In this document: in pieces, positions 37,261 to 51,350 of the stretch
Position numbering within the stretch: position 1 is the first letter of the stretch
Layout of the letters: each line of letters starts with the position of its first letter
Assembly (NCBI RefSeq): GCF_004010195.1
Contig: NC_057718.1
Coordinates: 55,675,285-55,739,284, forward strand
Direction: 5' to 3'
From: Chiloscyllium plagiosum
Taxonomy: Eukaryota
Length of the DNA: 64,000 bases
The notes under the pieces: generated by a model
Told to the model about the DNA's origin: nothing
The model's input: the letters and a program-made list of their open reading frames with translations, nothing else
The model's database searches: none
Program-made: the position numbers and the translations under genes

Positions 37261-39158
37261 CTATTAATAGAATGTCTTGATTCCACCATTAAATGCCAGT
37301 TTCATTTTGTGCTACTATCCAGAATAAAAAGACGCCTTCAACAAGTTTCTTTAACAAACTGAAAGTAATCCATTTGTTACAATTAAAACAAATTCCAAAC
37401 ACGTGTTTAAATTTTAAACTATAATCTGGAATTAAAATTATCCTCCCATAATTCCAAACACAAACATGCTCACATAGCATGAAAAGATAGCAGACTTTGG
37501 AAAGAGAATAGTTATTTTTAAAAAGGCAAAAGTAAAAATACTCCTGTTGGCCAGAGTGTAAAAACAGAGGGTAGAGGGTGATGACTTTTCATGGTCTAAT
37601 GGGTTTCTTGTTGACAAAATTGAATTACTGACAATGTAGAGTAATGCAAGATCTTCAGACCTTCAAATTAAGATTGATCTAAGTCTTTTGGAAAGTGGCC
37701 ACTGTTTAACTTTTCTGGGCTTAAACAGTCAGAAATCCTGATATCTGGAAATTTTAATAGATTCCTAAAAAGCTTTATTCAAATTATTATTTGAATTTCT
37801 GGAAACAGATAGTAAGCTCTAGCACTCACTAAACTGTTGGTTTAATTTCCCAAAAAAACACATAATAAACTATTTTCAGTACAGAAAATTTCCAAACATT
37901 TCCATGTTTCATTTTTCACGGAGCCCTTAAATATAAATATGTATTCCTAGCAGATGCAGTGAAGGAGAAATGCACTTCAGCTGCTTGTGTTTTCATGTAG
38001 GCCAGAACAGCTCACAAGGCAAGAAATGAGTGAGGTACCGTGAAGTACTAGGATATGAACCAGATTGAATTATTATTTCTCTGAAAATGGGGGAATGTGT
38101 AGAAATTACAGTTGCTTCATAACAGAGACTATTAAGACAGATGAGAATACATTGGCAAGAAGTTGATTGTAGATTCTCCTTGCAGCCCTCTTTGAGGTCA
38201 CTGCTGCCCGAGGTATTCCTTATAATTCATTCCATGCTTTCAAAACTATAGGGACTACTTCCTCAGGGAGTTAACTGTAAGAAGCTGGCAATGCTGTGTG
38301 CGTACTATCTATTTGCTAAGGAACCAAGCAATTTGGTAGATCTGCACATAATTTTGTTATGTTGTCTCCACCAAACTGGATGAATTTTCACCAATTTCCT
38401 GAAATACATATCACTGACTGAAATAATGCAAGCCTGGACAGCAGCCTGGACACAAGGCAGATGATATGATGCTAGAAATGAACGAGTAACAGAAAAGTGA
38501 AGTACATTTGGAAATTTCACATCCACAAATGCATCTGTCTAAAAATGATTTGACTTGTAAGTTTCATCCAGAGGTTCACTTGGCTCTTCTATAGCCATAT
38601 TGTTGAAGCACTGTTCTTGTGCTGAGGCTTTTATTAGAATCAATGTAGTTTGTAGCCTGTCAGTTAATTGGTGGGAATAATAGATTGTTCAATCCCAAAT
38701 CTAAGGCTATTAGATGCAAGGTCAGGTATCTTCAGTTACAAAGGAGAAACATTATGGTAAAATATTGTTTATAATTCAAGATATGTCTATTCCAAGCATC
38801 ACCAGGTTGCTGGTTCCAAAAGAAGACACTCCCACCAATTGACACTGTCAACACATACACTTATTATGATCTGTGTTAATTTGTGTTTTCTCAGGATTAC
38901 AAATTACAGATGTTGCCCACTTCAATGCAATTCCACTTCATTATCATTTATTATTATCAATTCCCATGTTGTAGTTTTTTGCTACAGCATGGGCAAGATC
39001 CAGATCTCTTAGAAACTGCATTGATTTTCATGTCTTAGAAAGTAAAAGTATAATGTTAATTCTCTTCCCTTTCTAATTTCTCCTTCCCAGTTTGCCCATT
39101 ATCTGTGTTTCTCATCTATCCACATTGATGCATCAAAATCTTCCGACAAATTCACCAG

Positions 39159-39687
39159 GTTAAAAATCACACAACACCAGGTTATAGTCCAACAGGTTTA
39201 ATTGGAAACACACTAGCTTTCGGATCGCTGCTCCTTCATCAGGTGGTTGTGGAGGACACAATTGTAAGGCACAGAATTTATAGTAAAAATTTACAGTGTG
39301 ATGTAACTGAAATTGTACATTGAAAAATACCTTGATTGTCTGTTGAGTCTTTCATCTGTTTGAATACCATGATAGTTTTACTTCTTTCATGTGTAAATCA
39401 CAAAACGTTTTTTTAAAAATTGCATTCTCAGGTTAACTGTAACAATTGGTGTTAGCTGGACAATATGTTAAAGGTGTAAGCCCCCTGTGTTCTCTGTCTG
39501 TGCCATAAGGTTTAGATTGATTCTAATCTAAAAAGTGAGATAACAGAGTTTTACATGAATTCATGCAGTTTTTGAACGAAGTACAATGTAACTCTGCAAG
39601 AACAAAGCTAGTGTGCTTCCAATTAAACCTGACGGACTAAAACCTGGTGTTGTGTGATTTTTAACTTTGTACACCCCAGTCCAAATC
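39159..39687. mobile_element. PLE pseudo-LTR with short inverted arm, family B2
   Basis: Perfect TSD acaaattcaccag (39146-39158, 39688-39700); minus arm 39159-39603, inverted arm plus tail 39604-39687. Confidence 0.9.
39211..39245 (-). ncRNA. Minimal type I hammerhead ribozyme motif
   Basis: Reverse complement cac-CTGATGA-a-ggagc-agc-gatcc-GAAA-g-CTA-gtg; AGCT palindrome, stem I cac/gtg. Confidence 0.72.
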
Positions 39688-40035
39688 ACAAATTCACCAG
39701 TGCGAACTACTTCAACCACATACTTCTATGGCAAGTTCCACATTTTACTGCTATTTTTCAAAAATCCTCCTTAATGTTTTACTAATTCATCAGCTATTTT
39801 ATATCAATATTAGTGACTCCTTGTTCTGAACTTATCACAGAAGTAATACAATCATCCATCATGTCTTTGCTGACACATAAGGCACAACCTCACTAGGGTC
39901 TGAGCGATGTAGGCTATGGCGAGTGGAGAGGTAGAATCACTCATCTTTTACATTGAGATTATCTCGTCACAACTTCCCTGCTTTGCTCAAGCAGCATGAT
40001 GAGATTCATGCCAGGGAGTAGCGAGTCACCATTAG

Positions 40036-40340
40036 GAACATAAGATGTAGGAGCAAAATTAGGACATTTGGCCCACTGAGTCTGCTCTGCCATTCAATCA
40101 AAAGCTGATATGTTTTTCAACCCTATCCTACAGCCTTCTCCCTATAATCCTTGATCCCAATGCTAATCAAGAAGCCATCTATCTCTGTCTTAAAAGACTC
40201 AATGACCTCCAAAGCTCTCTGCAGCAATGTGTTCCACAGTTTAAACACCCTCTGGCTGAAGAAATTCCTCCTCATCTCAATTCCAAAGGGTCATTCCTTC
40301 ACTCTGATGGTGTGCCATATAGTCCTAGTCTCCCAACTGA
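40036..40340 (-). mobile_element. CR1 3' fragment
   Basis: gaacataaga..ggagca..cattcaatc..ggctgaagaaattcctcctcatctc; similar to 52835-53150. Confidence 0.8.
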
Positions 40341-41426
40341 TGTTCTTCATTGCTTGGTAAATAACTTATTAGAAGTTCAACTTATCGCAGATTGCAATCT
40401 TGCCAAATTCGCCATTCAAATTAGCCTTCTGGAAAACTTCACATGGAAACCAGCTGGGTTTTTGGTGGGTTCAACTCACCACTTGCTCTAAAAGACTTCC
40501 ATTTTGGACACTGGGCTTCAGCATCTCAATCAAGCTCCATGGGTACTGGCCACGTGCATCTCACATTGATGGACGTTAGCATTAATGTGTGCCAGCCTCC
40601 ATGAACTCTCATGGTACATGTCCAATCTACTTACAAGTCACTTCTGAACTTCAACACTATACCTTTATAACTGTCATTGTGCTGCAGCTCATGAACTGGA
40701 CCAAGCTACATCTTGAGCTCTTCACTCATTGTCATCCTGTTTATCAGTCCGAGCCTAACTGAAAGCTGGTAGCATTCCTGTTTTGCCTTGCCTTTCCTTT
40801 TTGCACTTTGCTCCTTCAGCTAGAGATACTTGGTTTATATTATTACTATCCAACCATGCCCTTTAGCACAAGCACACAGCCAGGAGCTTGCCACAGTTGT
40901 CAGCAAGCCGCAGTCCAGTCAAGGGACTGCTTTGCTCAGGAGATCTCAGCGCAGTCAGTCAAGTACAACCTCTGTACGAGTCCAAGCCCTGCTTGGAACA
41001 GTCAGAGGCAGAATTTGATGTTCATTAGGTGTTAGGAGTTGAGTGATGGGCAGTACAACTCCTATTTTGACTTGTTCTGGTCCACAGAGATCAATGCTTT
41101 TGTTTCATGACAACACCTGTGTAACAATATTTATAATAAATAGAATTTTAACATTTCCATGATGAAAGTCAACTATGTACAATAAATTCTCACCAGAATT
41201 CAGATGTCTGGATTGAATAGATATCCTTCAGTCTGCTGCCAAAACTTTAATAAAAAAGAAGTTGTTTCACTTCTGCTTCCACAAATTGAACATATCGTGT
41301 AACCTAAAATGTTTCCATTCTAAGCATTTTCTTTTAACAGATTTGAGTTTGCGAGCTTCAGCAATATTTTAACATCAAACTTAGTTTAGTCAACGCAATT
41401 ATAAATAACTGCATTCAGTAGTTTAA

Positions 41427-41660
<234 letters not shown>

Positions 41661-41814
41661 TGATGAAAATAATAACTTATCATTGTTAATCTAGATTCTA
41701 AAATAGATGCTAATGGACTTTTAGTTTTAGTGCTGTGAAAGTTTGATTTTTGTTTTAAAAAAGAGTCAGAAAATCATTTCCAACAGAGTGTTCAAAACAG
41801 CCTTTTCAAGAAAG

Positions 41815-42109
41815 CAAAATACTGCAGATGTTGAAAATCTGAAACAAATATCGAAAATGCTGGAGCAACTCAGCAGGTCTGGCAGCATCCCCAGAGAGAG
41901 AAATTGAGTTAAAATGTCAAGTCTGACATGACTTCTTCACTGAACCTCTACACTGTTCGACCCCCGTGGTCCTCCTCCACCTTTGTCAAAGTGTAAAAAA
42001 AACACCACTTTAAACTCCTTTCAGCTGTGAAAAAATATTATCTGTTTTTCTCTCTCTACAGGTGATACCAGATCTCCTGAACTTTCCCAGTATTTCTCTG
42101 TTTGTTTCA
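41815..42109. mobile_element. Old PLE-like inverted pLTR insertion downstream of the EML6 exon
   Basis: ctgcagatgttg..tgaaacaaa..aatgctgg..ctcagcaggtctggcagcatc arm and decayed reverse complement ending tttgtttca; aagaaag on both flanks. Confidence 0.6.
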
Positions 42110-42118
42110 AAGAAAGTA

Positions 42119-42790
42119 TGTGGCTAAAGCTAAATGACTAGATAAGCTACCTGATAAGGTATTTGCTGGGTCGTTTACTAACAGCAGCTTCTATGATCAA
42201 TGGATACAGAAGGCCAGGACTACAGGAGGTTGAGTTCAGAAAGAAATAGTCATACCAGTAGAAGGGCAGTTTGGTTTTTGGAAGCCATCAGGCCATCACA
42301 GCTAGAATGAAGTTTTAACATGTTTTCGCAACTTCAAAGTAGTCAAATTTGGGGAAAATATAGTGAGATTAGCTTCACTGTGTATCTCAGGGCGAGAAAG
42401 TAATGAAGAGAATCACGTCTGGTAAATGTGCAGAATGTCGCTGAAAAAGCATGGTTGTGACCTCATCTGTTCAGTAAGAAATTTTAAAGTGCAGATAAGA
42501 ATGATACTTCACTGGGACTGAGTTTATGTAAAATTTATAGCTGGGAAAAAGGGCTGAATCATTTTTCTATTTATGATGAGATCTTTCCAAATTCCAACAT
42601 ATAGCTTTGTCTTCTTGTTTGAGTAATCAGCTTGCTATTCTGTTCAATGGTACATTGACATCCTTATGTGAAGGTATTCAGTGACTGACCACAATAAACA
42701 AGTTGCAAAAATAAAACTTATAATCTATCAAGTTATGTTTCATTTTGGAAAATGTCTTGTCAAATGTTACGATCATCTGGGACCTTAACA
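42119..42790. repeat. Dispersed repeat, possible solo LTR
   Basis: Similar to 15128-15658; begins TGT, ends taACA. Confidence 0.4.
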
Positions 42791-42879
42791 ATGCATATTA
42801 TGTCGCTGGATTATTTATAAGTAATTATGGTTGTAGTTATTGGAACCTAACTCCAGAAAATTACGGAATGAGTTACACA

Positions 42880-44000
42880 CAGGAATGTCCGAGACCCAAT
42901 TATCTTCAGCTGCTTCATCAATGACTCTTCTTCCATTGTAAAATTACCAGTGAAGGTGGTTGCAAAGTATTTCACTCATCATTATATTCCCTCCTATAAA
43001 TAGCCTTGGGATTACCATTGACTAGAGTTTGAACTGAGGTAACCATATTTATACAATGCCTACAAAAGCAGATCAGAGGCAATGAATCCTGCAACGAGTA
43101 ACTCACTTCCTGATTACTCAAATGCCTGTCCTCCATCTACAAGATGTAAGTCAGGAGTGTGATGGAACATTTCCTACTTACCTGGATGACTGCTACAATG
43201 CTCAAGAAGCTTAACATCATCCAGCACAAAGCATCTTGCTTGATTGGCACCATATTCACACACATTTACTCACTTCATCACCATGCTCAGTGTATCATTT
43301 ACAAAATGCACAGCAGAAATTCCCCAAGGCACCTTAGTTAGCACCACCACTATGGCAATACCACTACTTGCAAGTTCCCCTTCAAACCACTCTTCATTTT
43401 GACTTGGAAATATATCACCATTCCTTCAGGTGTCACGAGATCAAAATCGTGGAACTCCTGCCCTAGTGGCATTGTGGATGTATGTACATCAAATGGATTG
43501 CAGTGGTTCAAGAAAACAATTCACCCACCTTCTTGTGGGCAATGAGGGATGAGCAATAAATGCTGACCCAGCCAGTGATGCCCACATCCTGAGAGTGATT
43601 TTTTTTTAAATTGCCTTTCCATAAATAATAAAACAGCTCACACAGCAAAACCCAGTAGGCATCCAACTTTGTCTAAGTGACAAATAATATTTGTGCCATG
43701 TTAAGTGCCAAACTGAATATCTCCAAGAAGAGTGAGGAAAATCACATCTCCTTGTTATGCAATGGCAGTGCCATTAATGAATCTCCCCACATTTGCAGCC
43801 AGCATTTCACCAAGTGGACAACTCACCTAAATTCTATGGTTACTATAAGGCAGAAACTGGCTAGTCTGTGATAAGTGACTCACCTCCTGACTCCCAAGGC
43901 CGTTTAACTACTACAAAACACAAGTTAGATTTGTGATTAAATATGGCCTTAATGAATGCAGCTGCAGCAGTGCTCAAGAATCGAAGCACAGTCCACCAGT
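42880..44000 (+). mobile_element. CR1/L2-group LINE 3' fragments (two)
   Basis: MMEHFLLTWM..LKKLNIIQHKASCLIG; 3' end gggatgagcaataaatgctgacccagccagtgatgcccacatcc. Confidence 0.75.
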
Positions 44001-44519
44001 TTAGATATCCATATAGCATGGTTGCTCTGTGAACTGTCCATATGATTCGCATATGATGAGACAAGATCAATAAAGATCCAAACAAAATTTCTGTTGCAAT
44101 GGATGCTTCTTTTCATTTGTCTTGCTTTTAAAGATAAATCACTGTGTTTGCACGATATAGATGCAGGTCACTCATTTTTGACTATCTATATCTTGGAATC
44201 AGGAAGATCAGGAAATTATTTGAAGCCATCCTGCCTTTTTCTTAATATTGTGCTGCAGGTATTGTTAGTTTTATATGCCCAGTGAATACTAATATACTCA
44301 CCTTTTAAACAGTTCTCTGTCTCTCATGAGCATAATTTCATGTGCAAGTTGTAGGATAACTTAAAGTGTGTTAAGCTAATATATTAATATTTGATATACT
44401 GTTACATATTACTAATCTGACAGCTGTATCACCAGTCTCTTGTGAGTTGAAGTCCTTAGTGGTGTTTGGAGTTCAGCAAAGCTTTTTTTTAAAGTAGCTG
44501 TCAGGGTCTGGACACTTTT

Positions 44520-45320
44520 AGCCACGCCAATATTTTTACCCATCCAAAATTGCCTTTGAAGCTGGTGCCTCTTTCAACAGCTACATTCCATGCAAGGTCG
44601 GTGTTGTTCGGAAGGGGGTTCCAGAATTCTTAGGAAATGACTGTGCAGGAGGAACAATATAGTTCCAAGTCAGTTTATAATTTGAAGGGGATCTTGCAGG
44701 TGTGTTGCCTCAATGTCTGCTACCCATATCCTTCAAGGTGATAGAGATTACAGTTTTGGAAGATTCTGTTGAGGAACCTTTGTGAATTGCTACGGTGCAT
44801 CTTATAGATTCTAAAGCACCATTACAACTGGTAGTAGAGGGAGTGAATACGTAAGCTGAGGATGCTTTGTCCTGGATGATGTCCAGCTTCTTGAGAGTTG
44901 TTGGAACTGCTCCTGTCCAGCTAAGTGGAGAGTGTTCTGTCATACCTCTGAGTTGTGTCTTGTAGGTACTGGACAGACTTTGTGAAGTTAGGAGGTGAGA
45001 TACTCACCACTGAATTCCTAACTTCTGATCTGCTTTTGTAGACACTGTATTAATCTTGAGAGTGTGGTGCTGGAAAAGCATAGCAGGTCAGGCAACATCC
45101 GAGGAGCAGGAGAATTGACGTTTTGGGCAAAAGCCCTTCATCAGGCTTTTGCCTGAAGCTTCGATTCTCCTGCTCTTTGGATGCTGCCTGACCTGCTGTG
45201 CTTTTCCAGCACCATACTCTCGACTTTAATCTCCACCATCTGCAGTCCTCACCTTCACCTACTGTATTTATATGGTTAATTGAGTTTCTGGTCAATTGCA
45301 ACCCTGATGACATCATCATT
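44520..45320 (-). mobile_element. CR1/L2-group LINE 3' fragment
   Basis: TEHSPLSWTGAVPTTLKKLDIIQDKA. Confidence 0.75.
45055..45260. mobile_element. PLE inverted pseudo-LTR insertion, family A
   Basis: Fold-back arms centred near 45143 plus tail; TSD actgtatt(a/t)at at 45044 and 45261. Confidence 0.85.
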
Positions 45321-45811
45321 ACAGTCTAGCATACCAATATGAATATGTAACATTCCTTCCCCCTTACATCAGAGGTTCCTGCAATGAAAACAGTTACAAT
45401 ACTTATAATAATACAACATAAATAAGACATTCCGGAGGATGTTGATTCCTGTTGTCAGCGCATATGAGGTGACTGTTTATTTTTCCTGTTGCTTTAAACC
45501 CTGGTGTTTTAGGTGAGCTAGGAACTTCATCTATCATTATCATTTCCTGAGATAATTCAATATTCAGAGGTTTGCACAATTTCATGATAATCTTCCTGAG
45601 GTATTGTTTCCCTCAGATGTTCCAATTACAATCCTGTCTTCAGGCATATCCAGGTGCTCTACCTGGCAAAATTATTTGTGGATTTTCAATTATGGTTATT
45701 GTCTCTTCCGCACTTATTATGATTGTGAAGAGTTGGTCTTCATGTCTTCTCCATACTTTACCATCTGTAGTCTGTACAGTGTAGGAGTCAAATCTAATCT
45801 GTGCTACATAG

Positions 45812-48800
45812 AGTCATAGAGACGTACAGCACGGAAACAGACCTTCACTCCAAGTTGTCCATGCCGACCAGATATCCCAACCTAATCTAGTTCCACTTGC
45901 TGGCACCCGACCTATATCCCTCCAATCCTTCCTGTTCATACATCCATCCAATTTCCTTTTAAATGTTGCAATTGTAGTGGCCTGAACCACTTCTTCTGGC
46001 AGCTCATTCCATACACGCATCACTCTCTGCATGTAAAAGTTACCCCGAGGTCTCTTTTATATCTTTCCCCTCTCACCCTAAACCTATGCCCTCTAGTTCT
46101 GGACTCCCCCACCCCAAGGGAAAAGACTTTGTCTATTTATCCTATCCATGCCCCTCATGATTTTATAAACCACGATAAAATCATCCCTCAGCCTCCAATG
46201 CTCCAGGGAAAACAGCCCAAGCCCATTCAACCTCTCCTGTAGCTCAAATCCTCCAACCCTGGCATCATCCTTGTAAATCTTTTCTGAACCCTTTCAAGTT
46301 TCACAACATTCTTCTGATAGGAAGAAGACCAGAATTGCACGCAATATTCCAAAAGTGGCCTAACCAACATCCTGTATGGCCGCAAAATGACCTCCCAAAT
46401 CCTATACTCAGTGCTCTGACCAATAAAGGAAAGTATACTAAATGCCTTTTTCACTATCCTATCTACCTGCGACTCTAATTTCAAAGAGCTGTTAACCTGC
46501 ACTCCAAGGTCTCTTTGTTCAACAGCACTCCCTAGCACCTTATCATTAAGTGTATAAATCCTGCTAAGATTTGCTTTTACAAAATGCAACACCTCATATT
46601 TATCTAAATTAAACTCCATCTGCCACTCCTCAGCCCATTGGCCCAATGATCAAAAACCCATTTGTATTCTGGGGTAACCTTCTTCACTGTCCACTACACC
46701 TCCAATTTTGGTGTCATCTGCAAATATACTAACCATACCTCCTATATTCACATCCAAATCATTTATATAAATGACAGATAGTAGTGGACCCAGCACCGAT
46801 CCTTGTGGCACACCACTGGCCACAGGTCTCCAGCCTGAAAAACAACTCTTCACCACTACCATCTGTCTTCTACCTTTGAGCCAGTTCTGTATCCAAATGA
46901 TGAGTTCTCCCTGTATTCCATGAGCTCTAACCTTGCTATCCGGTTTCCCATGGGGAATTTTGTCAAACGCCTTACTGAAGTCAATATAGATCACGTCCAC
47001 CACTCTGCCGTCATCAATCCTCTTTGTTACTTCTTCAAAAAACTCAATCAACTTCGAGGGACATGATTTCCCACACACAAAGCCACATGGACTGTCCCTA
47101 ATCGGTCCTTGCCTTTCCAAATATGTGCAAATCCTATCCTTCAGGATTCTCTCCAACAACTTGCCCACCACTGATGTTAGGCTCACTGGTCTATAGTTTC
47201 CTGGCTTGTCCTTACCACGTTCCTTCATTAGTGGTACCACATTAGCCAACCTCTAGTCTTCCAGCACCTCACCTGTGACTAGCGATGATACAAATATCTC
47301 AGCAAGGGGCCCAAAATCAACTTCCCTAGCTTCCCACAGAGTTCTCGGGTACACCTGATCAGGTCCTGGGGATTTATCCACCTTTATGCATTTCAAGACA
47401 TCCAGCACTTCCTCCTCTGTAATATGGACATTTTTCAAGATGGCACCATCTATTTCCCTCCGTTCTATTTTTGCTACATCCTTTTCCACAGTAAACACTG
47501 GTGCAAAATATTTGTTTATTATCTACCCCACCTCCTGCGGCTCCAAACATAGGCTTCCATGCTGATCTTTGAGGGGCCCTAATCTCTCCCTAGTTACCCT
47601 TTTGTCCTTAATGTATTTGTAAAAACCCTTTGGATTCTGCTTAACCCTATTTGCCGAAGCTATCTTATGTCCCCTTTTTGCCCTCCTGATTTCCATTTCA
47701 AGTATACTCCTACTGTCTTTATACTCATCTAAGGATTCACTTGATCCTGACTATACCTGACATATGCTTCCTTCTTTCTCTTAACCAGACCATCAATTTT
47801 TCTCGTCATCCAGCATTCCCGACACCTGCTAGCCTTTCCTTTCACCCTAACAGGGATATACTGTCTCCGGATTCTCATTATCTCATTTATGAAGAATTCC
47901 CATTTTCCAGCTGTCCGTTTACCTGTGAACTCTACCCCCAATCAACTTTTGAAAGTTCTTACCTAATGCCATCAAAATAGGCCTTCCTCCAATTTAAAAC
48001 TTCAACTTTTAGATCTGGTCTATCCTTTTCCATCGATATTTTAAAACTAATAAAATTATGGTCACTGGCCCCAAAGTGCTCCCCCACTGACACCTCAGTC
48101 ACCTGCCCTGCCTTATTTCCCAAGAGTAGGTCGGGTTTTGCACTTTCTTGAGTATGTACACCCACATACTGAATCAGAAAATGTTCTTGCACACACTTAA
48201 CAAATCCCTCTCCATCTAAACCCTTAACACTATGGCAGTCCCAGCCTATGTTTGGAAAGTTAAAAATCCCTTACCATAACCACCCTATTATTATAGAGTC
48301 ATAGAGATGTACAGCATGGAAACAGACCCTTCATCCAACCTGTCCATGCCGACCAGATATCCCAACCCAATCTAGTCCCATCTGCCAGCACCCGGCCCAC
48401 ATCCCTCCAAACCCTTCCTATTCATATACCCATCCAAATGCCTCTTAAATGCTGCAATTGTACCAACCTCCACCACATCCTCTGGCAGCTCATTCCATAC
48501 ACGTACCATCCTCTGCATGAAAAAGTTGCCCCTGAGGTATTTTTTATATCTTTCCCCTCCCACTCTAAACCTATGCCCTCTAGTTCTGGATTCCCCAACC
48601 CCAGGGAAAAGACTTTGTCTATTTATCCTATCCATGCCCCTCATAATTTTGTAAATCTCTATAAGATCACCCCTCAGCCTCCGATGCTCCAGGGAAAACA
48701 GCCCCAGCCTGTTCAGCCTCTCCCTATAGCTCAAATCCTCCAACCCTGGCAACATCCTTGTAAATCTTTTCTGAACCCTTTCAAGTTTCACTGCATCTTT

Positions 48801-49830
48801 CCGATAGGAAGGAGACCAGAATTGCATGCAATATTCCAACAGTGGCCTAACCAATGTCCTGTCCAGCCGCAACATGACCTCCCAACTCCTGTACTCAATA
48901 CTCTGACCTATAAAGGAAAGCATATCAAACGCCTTCTTCACTATCCTATCTAACTGCGACTCCACATTCAAGGAGCTATGAACCTGCACTCCAAGGTCTC
49001 TTTGTTCAGCAACACTCCCTAGGACCTTACCATTAAGAATTGCATGCAATATTCCAACAGTGGCCTAACCAATGTCCTGTCCAGCCGCAACATGACCTCC
49101 CAACTCCTGTACTCAATACTCTGACCTATAAAGGAAAGCATATCAAACGCCTTCTTCACTATCCTATCTAACTGCGACTCCACATTCAAGGAGCTATGAA
49201 CCTGCACTCCAAGGTCTCTTTGTTCAGCAACAGTCCCTAGGACCTTACCATTAAGTGTATAAATCCTGCTAAGATTTGCTTTCCCAAAATGCAGCACCTC
49301 GCATTTATCTGAATTAAACTCCATCTGCCACTTCTCAGCCCATTGGCCCATTCTTAACAGATAACTGAAATCTTCCAAATTTGTTTCTCAATTTCCCTCT
49401 GACTATTAGGGGGTCTACTATACAATCTCAATAAGGTGACCATCCCTTTTCCTATTTCTCAGTTCCACCCAAATAACTTCCCTGGATGTATTCCCAGGAA
49501 TATCGTCCCTTAGGACAGCTGTTCACAGCTGTAACACTATCCCTTATCAAAAATGCCACTCACCCATCTCTCTTACATCCATTTCTATCCTTCCTGTAAC
49601 ATTTGTATCCTGGAACATTAAGCTGCCAGTCCTGTCCATCCCTGACCCATGTTCTGTAATTGCTGTGATATCCCAGTCCCATGTTCCTAACCATGCCCTG
49701 AGTTCATCTGTCTTCCCTGTTAGGCCTTTTGCATTGAAGCAAATGCAATTTAATTTATCAATCCTACCTTGTTTTCTGCTTTGTCCCTCCCTGCCTGCTC
49801 TGACTGTTTGACTCACTTGCAAATCCCAAC
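45812..49830 (-). mobile_element. CR1 LINE (HER1-like), near-complete ORF2 with few disruptions
   Basis: CICFNAKGL..ITET, PGNYRPVSLTSVVGK, YIDFSKAFDK, GVPQGSVLGP, FADDTK, YCVQFWS; (tctatgac)-type tail. Confidence 0.95.
48293..49350 (-). mobile_element. Second CR1 3' fragment nested in the same family, with internal tandem duplication
   Basis: Own tail atagagtcatagag at 48293; host sequence caccctattatt|cttaacagata resumes at ~49351. Confidence 0.9.
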
Positions 49831-49919
49831 GACACATCTCGTGAATGTGGGATTGGACCCACAACCTTGGTGTCATTAGTACCCGTGCTCGAACCACCTG
49901 AGCTACCTGACCTACATTA

Positions 49920-51350
49920 AGTGATGACTAATACCCATTTGCCTGCGATATAATTCTCACCAGCATTTCCTGACCTTTTGAAAAACGTGGCTTTGATTTC
50001 TCATCAGAAATCCTGATTCGGTGGCTTCCTGTCAACAATATCTTTTGCCATGGAAGGTTTCAGCAAATCAAAGGCTGTGTACAACTGAGGCTTTACTGTG
50101 AGCAGTGCCAGAGAACTTCGAGTCGTTAAGTGGGTTGTGTTCTGCTATGTTAACAAAAATTGGCTCACTTGTTTGGAAAATTATTATTGTTCTGGACTTA
50201 GCTTATGAGGAATATTTCATTGTCTGAACAAATCTTTTTGCCAAACCATTTTGGCTCAGTGATAAGGTGCTGATCAAATATATTGAATTCCGTTCTACTT
50301 CAGGTAGTCTATAAACTCTTGTGATTAAAGTCCACAGTTTATATCACTATAAAATTATTCCAGATAACCAAACATTACAAAGATCTCCCCCAATCTTTCA
50401 ATAATTTTCTCTGAAGGTGTCATCTTCATGATGGCAACTTCAGGCCATTTAGTTTGTGTGTGAACCATTCTGAAAAATATTTGTCCATTGAAAGAATCCA
50501 GCATCATCAGTATGGATTCTTTGCTATGGCCTTTTTGGCCATTCCCAAGGGTGGAATGGTGCTAATGGGTGTAGGTTGTGAATTCTTATGCAAGTTGCAT
50601 ATTTCCGCTTTCTCCTCAATTTTGAAGTGAAGCCCTGGCCATGAAAAATAGCTTCTGCCTGCCTCCTTCATTCTGACAATGCCACAGTGACCATCATGTG
50701 CTTGATTTAGCTCAGGTTTCTTTAACTATAGTAAAATGATGGCATTCATTCCCCATAAGAGATATTTTGCTTATATAGATTGTGCTAGCTTCTATGTGAC
50801 ATATGGCTTCAGTTCTGGGTTGTTCCCATGATTTTGCTCTAAGTATCATGTCCACACTTTTGATGGTACTGGATCATTTCTAGTGTACTTCTTAAATTTT
50901 TAGCTTGTTCTTCCCTTACTGGAGTGTTCTGTACTTGGTTGAAGGGGAAAACATCTACTCATTTGACAAAGTTGATCTAGAGAGCCCATCAGCATTTCCG
51001 TGTACTTTGGATTGACAATACTGAATTGTGTAAGTGTGAGCTGATAGCAGCAACACCCACTTCTGCATATTAGAATGTAGAGGAGGTATCCCTGTGTGAG
51101 GCCCAAATATTGTGGTCAATAGTCTGTGGTCTTTTAATAGGGTCAATAACTGGCCATACAGATATCGATAGAATTATCTAATGCCAAAATTGGTTCCTAG
51201 AGTTTCTTTCTCTATCTGTGCACAGTTAATTTCTGCTTTGTTAAACAATCTTGATGCAAAAGCTATTGACTTCTCTTCAACATTTAGGTTATATGTAAGA
51301 AATAACTACTCTCACTCCATACGGCCATGCAACACATGCTAGTCTTGTCA
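49920..51350 (-). mobile_element. Gypsy LTR retrotransposon pol relic (RNase H - integrase)
   Basis: IAFASRL..AEINCAQIEKE; KDHRLLTTIFGP..IPPL..MQKWVLLLSAHTYTIQY..HGNADGLSR. Confidence 0.85.

Noticed and set aside
46227..49378. Long RT-like ORFs as host genes or an active LINE
   Set aside because: CR1 ORF2 fragments with stops, frameshifts and a nested insertion.
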